Assembly: GCF_000284115.1 (NCBI RefSeq)
Contig: NC_017080.1
Coordinates: forward strand, 240,001 to 272,000
Source: Phycisphaera mikurensis NBRC 102666
Lineage (GTDB): Bacteria > Planctomycetota > Phycisphaerae > Phycisphaerales > Phycisphaeraceae
Reading direction: 5' to 3'
DNA length: 32,000 bases
A model generated the notes under the pieces. That model was not told where the DNA came from, searched no databases, and saw only the letters and a program-made list of their open reading frames with translations. Position numbers and translations under genes: made by a program. Each line of letters opens with the position of its first letter. Position 1 is the first letter of the stretch. Of this stretch, positions 9,091 through 17,898 are shown piece by piece.

Positions 9091-9205
9091 GCATTCTCGG
9101 CGTAACAATCGACAGGCCGCGGAGATGCGGCTACATTGATGCTCCAGGGAGGGATTGTCCGATACAGAGCGACCACCCTCCGGGATTCACCCGCTTTCTC
9201 CTCCG

Positions 9206-9243
9206 CCGTGCTCCGTGGCTTGCCACGGGGCACGGTTTTTTTT
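9206..9243 (+). terminator. Rho-independent terminator, plus-strand oriented
   Basis: CCGTGCTCCGTGG-CTTG-CCACGGGGCACGG (13-bp stem with one U.G pair, 4-nt loop) directly followed by T8 (9236-9243). Confidence 0.85.
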
Positions 9244-9646
9244 CTGCCGGACTGGGTTGCTGCGAAGTCTCCTCGCCCCCCGGGTCACGCCAGAACCCGG
9301 CCTCTCCCCCTGGCCTCCGTCGCGGTCACGCCCGAGGGTGTCGGCCACCCCCAGCCCACTCCTGCCGGGCGATCACGGCATGACCCACCCGCCCAGACCC
9401 GGCGCTGCGTCGATCCCGAATCACCTGTCGGCTCCGGCTCGTGCGCGCCGGCCGGGACGGACACCCGCCGCCGACCGCCCGCAGGCGCTTCCCCCCCGGG
9501 AACACGTGACTCGCGCTCCAGTCGATCTCTTGTGCACCCGTGGTGCCGAGCATCCGAGCTTTCCGAAGAGACGTGGCGGGGGTGAGTCCGAAAGGGCGTG
9601 ACGGTCGAGCCGGTGCATCCGCGGACGCCCGCAGCACGACCGGCGT

Positions 9647-11119
9647 TCAGCCGCCGCCGATCCGGCGGAGGATGTTCGTCGTGCTGCGTCCCTCCACCAG
9701 CGGCACGAGCTCGACGCGGCCCCCGCGGGCCTCGACGAAGCTCGCGCCCACCACGGTGTCTCGCGTGTAGTCCGCGCCCTTGACGAGCACCGAAGGCTGC
9801 ACCGCCTCGATCAGCGAAAGGGGGGTGTCGGTGGCGAACGGGACCACGTAGCGGACGCAAGCCAGCTCGGAGAGCACCCGCAGCCGATCCTCCAGCGGGT
9901 TCACGGGCCGCTCCGGCCCCTTGAGGCGGCGGATGCTCTGATCGTCGTTCACGCCGACCACCAGGAGGTCGGCGGTGGCGGCGGCGGACCGCAGGTAGCC
10001 GACATGCCCGGCGTGGAGGACGTCGAAGCAGCCGTTGGTGAAGGCGACGGTCCGGCCGCGGTGCCGGTGGGCCGCCAGCTCCGGGACCAGCTCCTGCAGC
10101 GTGCGAACCTTCCCGCGGTCGGCGGCCGCTTCCTCCATCGCCTCGAGGTAGAGCTCTTCGAGCGGGATGGGAACGACCCCGGATCGCTCCACCTCCAGCC
10201 CGGCGGCGAGGTTGGCGAGGCGGACGCCGTCGGCGTAGGCCGCTCCCTGCGCGACCGCCGCGGCGAGGGTGGCGAGCACGACGTCGCCGGCCCCGGTGAC
10301 GTCGTAAACGGAGCGGGCTCGGGTCGGCAGCGTCTCCTCGACGCCGTCCGGCGAGCGGAGCAGGGCGCCGTGCCGGTCGAGCGTCAGGACCACGTGGCCG
10401 AAGCCGTGCTCGGCCTGGAGGCGGGCCGCCATCGCGGAGGGGTCGTCCGCGGAGAGGCCGGTGGCTCGCTCGGCCTCGGTGCGGTTGGGCGTGATGGCGT
10501 CGGCGCCGGCGTAGCGGCCGTAGTCGGCGATGGCGGCGGGGTCGACGAGCACCGGGAGGCCCGCGGCGTGGGCGCGCTCGATCACGCCCCGGCACAGCTC
10601 GGGGGTGCAGACGCCCTTGTGGTAGTCCTCGAGGATCACCGCCTGCGCCCCGTCGATCGCCTCGTCGACCGCGGCGAGCATCCGCTCCACCGCCGCCCCC
10701 GGCAGCGGGGTCCTGTCCTCGAAGTCCAGGCGGAACATCTTCTGCGGGTGCCGGTGCTGGGCGAGGCCGACGAGGTTCTGCTTGACGGTGGTGGGGCGGT
10801 CGCCGTCGGCGGCGAGCCCCGCGGTCTCCACGCCGGCGGTCTGCAGCGCAGCCCGCAACGCCCGGCCCGGCTCGTCGTCGCCGGCGATCCCGACGGCCCG
10901 CACCCGCGCACGCAGCGCGGCGAGGCAGACGCAGACGTTCGAGGCGCCGCCGGGGCGGTCGTCGGTGCGCTGCACGTCCAGCACCGGCACGGGCGCATCG
11001 GGCGCGAGGCGGTCGGCGTTGCCGAAGAGGTAGCGGTCGAGCATGAAGTCGCCGACGACGACGACCGTCGGCGGCGACCAGCCGTTGAGCAGCGTGAGCA
11101 GGGGGGTGGCGGTCGGCAC
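9647..11119 (-). CDS. hldE: Bifunctional HldE-like protein: sugar kinase (PfkB fold) + cytidylyl/adenylyltransferase
   Basis: PTVVVVGDFMLDRYLFGNADRLAPDAPVPVLDV, GGASNVCVCLAAL, DVTGAGDVVLATLAAAV, then TVAFTNGCFDVLHAGHVGYLRSAA, GVNDDQSIRRLKGPERPVNPLEDR, LVKGADYTRDTVVG. GTG start at 11119. Confidence 0.93.
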   Translation of the reverse strand: MPTATPLLTLLNGWSPPTVVVVGDFMLDRYLFGNADRLAPDAPVPVLDVQRTDDRPGGASNVCVCLAALRARVRAVGIAGDDEPGRALRAALQTAGVETAGLAADGDRPTTVKQNLVGLAQHRHPQKMFRLDFEDRTPLPGAAVERMLAAVDEAIDGAQAVILEDYHKGVCTPELCRGVIERAHAAGLPVLVDPAAIADYGRYAGADAITPNRTEAERATGLSADDPSAMAARLQAEHGFGHVVLTLDRHGALLRSPDGVEETLPTRARSVYDVTGAGDVVLATLAAAVAQGAAYADGVRLANLAAGLEVERSGVVPIPLEELYLEAMEEAAADRGKVRTLQELVPELAAHRHRGRTVAFTNGCFDVLHAGHVGYLRSAAATADLLVVGVNDDQSIRRLKGPERPVNPLEDRLRVLSELACVRYVVPFATDTPLSLIEAVQPSVLVKGADYTRDTVVGASFVEARGGRVELVPLVEGRSTTNILRRIGGG

Positions 11120-11145
11120 GGGCGGCCAAGGTAAAGCCGTCCCGC

Positions 11146-12624
11146 TCACTCCACCCGCAGAGCTTCCATGGGAGACAGGCGCGCCGCCAGCAGCGAGGGC
11201 ACGACCGCCGCGACGGCCGAGAGCGCCACCCCCAGCGCCGCGGCCGCCAGCACCGCGAGCGCCACCTGGCCCGCGGCGGGCACGGCCAGACCCAGCAGCG
11301 GGCCGAACGTCAGCAGCGCCGACGCCACCGCGAGCGCCGTGCCCAGCAGCGCCCCCGCGGCGGCGCCGACCACGCCCAGCAGCAGGGCCTCGAGCAGGTA
11401 CATGCGCAGGATCGAGCCCGCCCGAGCACCCAGGCACTTCATGGTGGCGATCTCTCCGAAGCGCTCCGTCACCGACATCAACATCGCGTTGCCGATGCCC
11501 ACCACGCACACCAGCGCGGAAAGCCCCAGCAGCAGCGCCGTCCGGCCCCCGCGGCCCGCCGGTGCGGCGGCCGCCGCCGCGGCCCAGGCGTCGGTGCGGG
11601 CACGCGCGTGCGCGAGCGCAGCGAGGCGCTCCGCCGGCGGGACGGCCGCGGCGCCGCCAGCCCGCAGCGCCCCGGCGAGCGCCTCCGCGCCGGCGGGCGT
11701 CGTCGCGACGCCGAGGGCCGCCTCGGCGTCGACCTCCGCCGGCGGCAGGCCCAAGAGCCTGCCCACCGCCTGACGCGGGGCGGTGGCGCCGATCGCCTCC
11801 GCGAGGTTCGCGGCGTCGGCCATGCGCCGGGCTTCGGGCGCGGCGGCCACGACCGCGGCCCCGTCGAAGCCGAGGCGGTCGAGCTCGCCGGCCAGCCCCG
11901 CCGGCCGAGCCGCCACCACCTCGGGCAGCCGCCGGCCCGGGTACCGCCGCCCGAGCGCCTCGACCGCGTCGGCGTGGCCCTGCGCGACCGCGTCGATGGC
12001 CGCCGACACGCCCGCCCGCTTCCGCGTGAGCAGGTCCACCAGGGCCGCGGGCGAAGCCGCCGGGATTGAGGCGCGCGCCGCTGGCCGCAGCGCCTCGAGC
12101 TTCTCCACGAAGCGTTCCGCCTCGGCGGGTTCGGCCAGCCGCGTCGCCGCCACGCCGGTGCTGCGGCCGCCCAGCAGCCCCGCGGCGTCGGTGGCGTCGA
12201 GCTCTCTGAGCCACCGCTCCGCCGCCGCGAGCGCCCGCGCGTCGGCCCCGACCTGCTCGAAGGCGTCGGCGTCCAGGCCGCTCCAGGCCGCCCAGGCCGC
12301 GGGGACGATGCCGCGCCCCAGGCCGGCGGCGACCTCCGCGGGCGGGTCGGGCCGCGTCAGCCTCGTGAGCGTCACCCGGTCCGCGGTCACCGGGCCCAGG
12401 CGCTCCGCCGCGGCCCCGGCCACCCGGTCGGCGAGCCGCTCCCCGGCGACGGTGAAGACGAGAAACGCCACGGCCAGCGCCTGGATCGAGACGGTGATGC
12501 CCGAGCGGACGAGGCGGAAGCCGATGCCCGACCGCACCAGCCGCAGCGCCGTCAGCAGCGGCAGCCCCGGCTGGTCGTGCGCCGGAAGCCCGGCGGTCGC
12601 GGTTTCGGGCGGGCGCGGATCCAC
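11146..12624 (-). CDS. FtsX-like/ABC-type permease protein
   Basis: 492 aa; ALRLVRSGIGFRLVRSGITVSIQALAVAFLVFTVAG N-terminal TM; C-terminal VTERFGEIATMKCLGARAGSILRMYLLEALLLGVVGAAAGALLG... typical FtsX domain. Confidence 0.85.
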   Translation of the reverse strand: MDPRPPETATAGLPAHDQPGLPLLTALRLVRSGIGFRLVRSGITVSIQALAVAFLVFTVAGERLADRVAGAAAERLGPVTADRVTLTRLTRPDPPAEVAAGLGRGIVPAAWAAWSGLDADAFEQVGADARALAAAERWLRELDATDAAGLLGGRSTGVAATRLAEPAEAERFVEKLEALRPAARASIPAASPAALVDLLTRKRAGVSAAIDAVAQGHADAVEALGRRYPGRRLPEVVAARPAGLAGELDRLGFDGAAVVAAAPEARRMADAANLAEAIGATAPRQAVGRLLGLPPAEVDAEAALGVATTPAGAEALAGALRAGGAAAVPPAERLAALAHARARTDAWAAAAAAAPAGRGGRTALLLGLSALVCVVGIGNAMLMSVTERFGEIATMKCLGARAGSILRMYLLEALLLGVVGAAAGALLGTALAVASALLTFGPLLGLAVPAAGQVALAVLAAAALGVALSAVAAVVPSLLAARLSPMEALRVE

Positions 12625-12701
12625 GGCGGGACGCTACGGGGGCCCGTGGCTCCGCGGACCGCGACCGGCGGAGGCCGTGCGGCGGCACGGTCCGCGGCTC
12701 G

Positions 12702-13649
12702 CTAGGCCAAGTCCGCCAGCGCCGCCCGCACCTCGGGGTGCTCGAAGGCGAACCCCGCCTCCGCAACCAGCCGCGTCGGGACGCACCGCCGGCCCTCCAG
12801 CGCGAGCTCCGGGTCGGTGTCGAGCACGAAGCGGCTGAAGAGCCGGACGCAAAGCGCCGGCGCCGGCGGCGACCACGGCCGCCGGTGCGCCGCCCGCAGG
12901 GCCGCCATGAACTCCCGGTTGGTCACCGGCTTCGGCGCCGTCGCCACGTAGACGCCGCTCAACGACGGGTCCTCGAGGGCGCGGAGGAAGAGCCGGTCGA
13001 GGTCGGCGTGGTGGATCCACGAGATCCACTGGTCGCCCGGGCCGACGGTCCCGCCCAGGCCCATCCGCGTGAAGCGGACGAGCTTGCCAAGGGCGCCGCC
13101 GCCGGGGCCGAGCACGAAGCTGATCCGCAGCGTCACGCCGCGCTGGGTCGGCAGCCTCGCCGCGTCGAAGGCCTTCTCCCACGCGGTCCCCACCCGCGGG
13201 GCCATCTCCTCCGGCGGCCCCGGCGGCGTCGTCTCGTCGCAGATCCGGTCTTTGGGGCGCGGGTCGCCGACGATGTGAGCCGTCGCGGCCTGGACCCACA
13301 CCGGCGGCGGGGCGGCCGCCGCCCGGCACGCCTCGCCCAGCACGCGGCACGAGTCGATCCGCGACCGCAAGATTTCCGCCTGGTTTGCCCTGGTCTTGCG
13401 GCAGTCCACCGTCCGCCCCGCGAGGTTCACGATCCCGTCCGCGCCGTCGAGGGCCCCGGCCCAGTCGCCGAGGGTGGAGCCGTCCCAGCGGTGCCAGCCG
13501 ATCCGCCCGTCGAGCCCCGCCGGACGCGGCCGCCGCGAGAGCACCTCCGGCCGGTCGCCCCGCCGGAGCATCGCCGCCGCGAGGGACCCGCCCAGGAAGC
13601 CCGATCCGCCCGCGAGGAGGGTCCGCCGCGGGGTCCGGGGGTGGGCCAT
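12702..13649 (-). CDS. TIGR01777-type epimerase / NAD-dependent sugar epimerase
   Basis: LAGGSGFLGGSLAAAMLRRGDRPEVLSR, NLAGRTVDCRKTRANQAEILRSRIDSCRVL, QAATAHIVGD, LRISFVLGPGGGALGKLVRFTRMGLGGTVGPGDQWISWIHHADL. Confidence 0.92.
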   Translation of the reverse strand: MAHPRTPRRTLLAGGSGFLGGSLAAAMLRRGDRPEVLSRRPRPAGLDGRIGWHRWDGSTLGDWAGALDGADGIVNLAGRTVDCRKTRANQAEILRSRIDSCRVLGEACRAAAAPPPVWVQAATAHIVGDPRPKDRICDETTPPGPPEEMAPRVGTAWEKAFDAARLPTQRGVTLRISFVLGPGGGALGKLVRFTRMGLGGTVGPGDQWISWIHHADLDRLFLRALEDPSLSGVYVATAPKPVTNREFMAALRAAHRRPWSPPAPALCVRLFSRFVLDTDPELALEGRRCVPTRLVAEAGFAFEHPEVRAALADLA

Positions 13650-13806
13650 GGGCCGAGCGTACGGAAGCGGGGCGGCGTCCCGCCGCCCCCCGCTCGGGGG
13701 TGCTGCGCCGGCCGCGCCGGCGCCCGCAGCGTCGGGGCAGCCGGCCGGGGCGGCGTCGGCCTCGGCTCGCGGCCCTCCGCCTCCTCCTCCAGTACCTTCC
13801 TCCCGC

Positions 13807-15756
13807 GTGCCTTCCGCACCTTCCCAGTCTCCGAGTCCGAGCGCTCCCGCGGCGGCGGGCGTCGGCGCCGAGGCCTCCACGGCCCGGCTCATCCTGCGCC
13901 TGTGCCGCCTCGCGTGGGGCTACCGCCTCCAGGTCATCCGCTCGCTGGTCCTGCAGCTCGTGCTCCTGACGCTCACGCTCTCGGGCCTGGGCCTGCTGGG
14001 CCTGGGCATCGACGTCATTGGCCACGCCTTCGACCCGCTCTCCGAGGCGAACCCCGGCGGGAACAAGCCGCCGGCCTGGCCGCTGGGCTACGCGCCGCCG
14101 AGCGCGTGGACGTCCGGGCAGCAGGTGCTGCTGGTGGCGGGGCTCATCGCGGTGATCGGACTGGTCCGCTTCGCGCTGGAGGCGCTGTCGGCCTTCTGGA
14201 TCGCGCAGCTCGTGCAGGACATCGTCGTGTCGCTCCGCAGCCGGGTGTACGACAAGCTGCAGCGGCTGTCCTTCCGCTTCTTCGACGCGAACGAGTCGGG
14301 CTCGATCATCAACCGGGTCACCGGCGACGTGCAGGCGGTGCGGATGTTCGTGGACCAGGTGCTGGTGCAGGTGCTGATCATGGCGGTCTCGCTCGCGTTC
14401 TTCGCGGGCTACATGCTCTCGCTGCACGTCGGGCTCACGCTGGTGTGCCTGCTCTCCACGCCCCTGCTCTGGCTGCTCACCGGCAACTTCAGCCGCATCG
14501 TCAAGCCGGCCTACCTCGAGAACCGCCGCCTCTTCGACACCGCCATCCGCGTGCTCAGCGAGAACGCGCAGGGCGTGCACGTGGTCAAGGGTTTCGCCGC
14601 CCAGGACGCGGAGGTCCGCCGCTTCGCCGCCGCCAACCACGCGGTGACGACGCAGAAGCGGCAGATCTTCCAGCAGGTCGCCATCTTCGTCCCGCTGATC
14701 AGCTTCCTGCCGCAGCTGAACCTGGTGATCCTGCTGATCTACGGCGGCTGGATCTACATGGAGGACCCGGCATTCACCGTCGGCACGCTGGTCGTCTTCA
14801 GCGGGCTGCTCCAGCAGTTCTCCGGCCAGATCGGCAACGTGGCGCAGCTCGCCAACTCGGTGCAGCAGTCGCTCACCGGCGCGTCCCGCGTGTTCGAGGT
14901 GCTCGACACGCCGCTGGAGATCCAGACCCGCGCCGACCCCACGCCGCTGCCTGCGCCGCCGGCGGGCGGGAAGCGCGGCGGGATCCGCTTCGAGGACGTC
15001 GGCTTCCGCTTCGGGAAGGAGGACGCGGTCCCGGCGCTTGCGCACCTGGACTTCGAGGTCAAGCCCGGCCAGCTCGTCGCGGTGCTCGGCGCCACCGGCG
15101 CTGGGAAGAGCACGATGCTCTCGCTGATCCCGCGCTTCTACGACCCGACCACCGGACGCATCCGGCTCGACGGCGTCGACCTCCGAGACCTCCCGCTGGA
15201 CGCGCTGCGCCGCAGCATCGGCATCGTCTTCCAAGAGAGCTTCCTCTTCAGCAACACCGTCGCCGAGAACATCGCCTTCGGCCACCCCGACGCGACGCAG
15301 GAGCAAGTGGAGCGCGCGGCCCGCATCGCCAGCGCCCACGGCTTCATCACCGAAGACCTCAAAGACGGCTACCGCACCGTGCTCACCGAGGGCGGCAACA
15401 ACCTCTCCGGCGGCCAGCGCCAGCGGCTCGCCATCGCCCGGGCGGTGCTGCTGGACCCGCCGGTGCTGCTGATGGACGACCCGACCGCCGCGATCGACCC
15501 CGAGACCGAGGGCGAGATCCTCGCCGCGATGGCCTCGGCCATGGCGGACCGCACGACCTTCGTGGTCGCCCACCGGCTCTCGACGCTGCGCCGCGCCGAT
15601 TTCGTGCTCGTGCTCGACCGCGGCCGCGTCGTCGAGCGTGGCACGCACGACGAGCTGATGGCCAAGGGCGGGCACTACGCCGAGGCCGCCGGCGTGCAGG
15701 CGGCCGACACCGAAAGCCGCGAGATCCTCGGGATGGACGAGGCGGTGGATCCGTGA
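13807..15756 (+). CDS. ABC exporter half-transporter (TMD-NBD), subunit 1 with degenerate Walker B
   Basis: Six-TM domain then GATGAGKSTMLSLI, NLSGGQRQRLAIARA, VLLMDDPTAAID, VVAHRLSTL. Start ambiguous; GTG at 13807 or ATG upstream near 13649. Confidence 0.93.
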   Translation: MPSAPSQSPSPSAPAAAGVGAEASTARLILRLCRLAWGYRLQVIRSLVLQLVLLTLTLSGLGLLGLGIDVIGHAFDPLSEANPGGNKPPAWPLGYAPPSAWTSGQQVLLVAGLIAVIGLVRFALEALSAFWIAQLVQDIVVSLRSRVYDKLQRLSFRFFDANESGSIINRVTGDVQAVRMFVDQVLVQVLIMAVSLAFFAGYMLSLHVGLTLVCLLSTPLLWLLTGNFSRIVKPAYLENRRLFDTAIRVLSENAQGVHVVKGFAAQDAEVRRFAAANHAVTTQKRQIFQQVAIFVPLISFLPQLNLVILLIYGGWIYMEDPAFTVGTLVVFSGLLQQFSGQIGNVAQLANSVQQSLTGASRVFEVLDTPLEIQTRADPTPLPAPPAGGKRGGIRFEDVGFRFGKEDAVPALAHLDFEVKPGQLVAVLGATGAGKSTMLSLIPRFYDPTTGRIRLDGVDLRDLPLDALRRSIGIVFQESFLFSNTVAENIAFGHPDATQEQVERAARIASAHGFITEDLKDGYRTVLTEGGNNLSGGQRQRLAIARAVLLDPPVLLMDDPTAAIDPETEGEILAAMASAMADRTTFVVAHRLSTLRRADFVLVLDRGRVVERGTHDELMAKGGHYAEAAGVQAADTESREILGMDEAVDP

Positions 15757-17657
15757 GCCGGCGACGCCCCGATCCAGCCGCCGCGGAGGCCCCCGGGGCC
15801 ACGCTCGCGACCGCCATCACGCGGCTGGACCTCAAGGCGCGGGCCGAGGAGGAAGGGCCCGCCAGAGCGCCGCTCCGCTGGCCGCTGGTCCGCCGTCTCT
15901 GGTCGCTCACCACGCCCTACGCCGGGCTCCGCAACACGCTGCTCGTGCTCACCTGCGTCCGCGGCATCCAGCTGCCGGCGCTGCCGTGGATCCTGTCCGC
16001 GGTCATCGCCGGGCCGCTGGCGGCACGGAACTGGCCGGGCGTGCTCTGGGGCAGCGCGGGCTTCCTGGCGCTGCTGCTGTTCACCGCCGTGACCTTCCAC
16101 TACCGGATGAAGCTGTCGCTGGTCCTCGGCGAGGTCGTCGTGCAGGACCTCCGACGCGACCTCTTCGGCCACCTCCAGAAGCTGGGGATGCGCTACTACG
16201 ACCGCACCAAGGTCGGCGCGATCATCAGCCGGATGACCTCCGACGCCGAGGCGCTGCGGCAGGGCATCCAGGACGTCGTCTTCGTGTCGCTGGTCAACGT
16301 CGGCCACATGGTGATCGCTTCGCTGATCATGGCCTGGTACGACCTGCCGCTGTTCGGCTTCGTGCTGGCGATGAGCCCGCTGATCTGGGCCATCCACCGC
16401 TTCTTCGGCAGCCGGCTGGGCACCGCCTGGCGGGAGGTGCAGTCCTCGATGAGCCGGGTGACCGCGACGCTCGCCGAGAGCGTCTCGGGCATCCGCGTGA
16501 CGCAGGGCTTCGTCCGGCAGGAGCGCAACGCCGCGCTGTTCCACGAGCTCGTGAGCGACCACGCGGGCTACAACCTGCGGGCCTCGCGGCTCTCGGGCGT
16601 GTACATCCCGCTGCTGGACTTCAACAGCCAGCTCTTCCTCGCCGGGCTGCTCGTGCTCGGCGGCTGGCAGGTGCTCCACGGCGGCCTGCCCGGGTTCGGC
16701 GGCGAGCAGAGCCCCGCCGAGCAGGCGGCGACCTTCGCGGCGCTGGTGGTTTTCATCTTCCAGCTGCCGCCGTTCTTCCTGGCGCTGCGGGTGGTGGCCC
16801 GGCAGCACAACACCGCGCTCACGGCGATGGCCGGCGCCGAGCGGGTCTTCGCCTTGCTCGACACCGAGCCCGAGGTGCTCGACGAGCCCGACGCGGCGGC
16901 GCCGGAGACGATCCGCGGCGAGGTCGTCTTCGACGACGTCTCCTTCGGCTACGACCCCAAGCGGCCCGTGCTGCACGGGATCTCCTTCAAGGCCGAACCC
17001 GGCCAGACCATCGCGCTGGTCGGTCACACCGGATCGGGCAAGTCGACCGTCATCAAGCTGATCAGCAAGTTCTACCTGCCCACCGGCGGCCGGGTGCTTA
17101 TCGACGGCATCGCCACGCCGGGCCTCAGAACCGAGGCGTTGATGGCGGAGCTGGGCATCGTGCTGCAGAGCAATTTCCTGTTCACCGGCACCGTGATGGA
17201 CAACATCCGCATGGGCCAGCCGTCCGCGAGCGATGCGGACGTCGTCGCCGCCGCGAAGAAGCTGGACTGCCTCGACCTGCTCGAGCAGCTGCCCGAGGGC
17301 CTGCACACCGCCGTCGGCGAGCGCGGGGGCGCGCTCTCGCTGGGTCAGCGGCAGCTGGTGTGCTTCTGCCGCGCGATGCTCGCCGACCCGCGGCTGCTGA
17401 TCCTCGACGAGGCGACCAGCAGCGTGGACGGGCTGACCGAGGCCCGCATCCAGAAGGCCCTCAACGTGCTGCTCCGCGGCCGCACCAGCTTCGTCGTCGC
17501 CCACCGCCTCTCGACGATCCGCCACGCCAGCCGCGTGATCGTGCTCGACCACGGGAAGATCATCGAGAGCGGCCGGCACAACGAGCTCCTGCGGGAAGGC
17601 GGCGTCTACGCCGGCATGTACCGCCAGTTCATCCGGGCCGGCGAGGCAGCGTCTTGA
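15753..17657 (+). CDS. ABC exporter half-transporter (TMD-NBD), subunit 2 with non-canonical signature motif
   Basis: GHTGSGKSTVIKLI, ALSLGQRQLVCFCRA, LLILDEATSSVDG, VVAHRLSTIRHA; GTG start overlaps the preceding stop (GTGA at 15753-15756). Confidence 0.94.
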   Translation: MSRRRPDPAAAEAPGATLATAITRLDLKARAEEEGPARAPLRWPLVRRLWSLTTPYAGLRNTLLVLTCVRGIQLPALPWILSAVIAGPLAARNWPGVLWGSAGFLALLLFTAVTFHYRMKLSLVLGEVVVQDLRRDLFGHLQKLGMRYYDRTKVGAIISRMTSDAEALRQGIQDVVFVSLVNVGHMVIASLIMAWYDLPLFGFVLAMSPLIWAIHRFFGSRLGTAWREVQSSMSRVTATLAESVSGIRVTQGFVRQERNAALFHELVSDHAGYNLRASRLSGVYIPLLDFNSQLFLAGLLVLGGWQVLHGGLPGFGGEQSPAEQAATFAALVVFIFQLPPFFLALRVVARQHNTALTAMAGAERVFALLDTEPEVLDEPDAAAPETIRGEVVFDDVSFGYDPKRPVLHGISFKAEPGQTIALVGHTGSGKSTVIKLISKFYLPTGGRVLIDGIATPGLRTEALMAELGIVLQSNFLFTGTVMDNIRMGQPSASDADVVAAAKKLDCLDLLEQLPEGLHTAVGERGGALSLGQRQLVCFCRAMLADPRLLILDEATSSVDGLTEARIQKALNVLLRGRTSFVVAHRLSTIRHASRVIVLDHGKIIESGRHNELLREGGVYAGMYRQFIRAGEAAS

Positions 17658-17898
17658 GTCATGTGAGGCAGCGACGCGCCGCCCCCGACCAAGCCCCGCC
17701 CGCCACGGACCTCCTCGCCGCAGGCGTTCGCTCGGAGGCTGTCGGCTGTCCCACCGGCGTCTCCGCCCTGCGCCCGACGACGTGGGCGCCCGCGGCCGGC
17801 GCGTGCCAGGATCTCCGGGATGCGCCGAAGAACGATCGGGCGTTGCTCGGCGGGGGCGGCGGCGGGCGGCGTCGGCCGCAGGCGGCTCCGGCCGGGCG

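Noticed and set aside
9499-9514. CACGTG at ~9504 and CCACGTGG at ~10390 considered as further parS sites
   Set aside because: Flanks do not match the GGTTC/GAACC half-sites; the second lies inside hldE. Only the 8848-8863 near-match is close enough to mention.
12738-15750. Very long upstream extension of the ORF 12738..17657 and the antisense ORF 12634..15675
   Set aside because: Arg/Pro/Gly/Ala-rich translations overlapping well-supported genes in other frames; typical spurious open frames in very GC-rich DNA.
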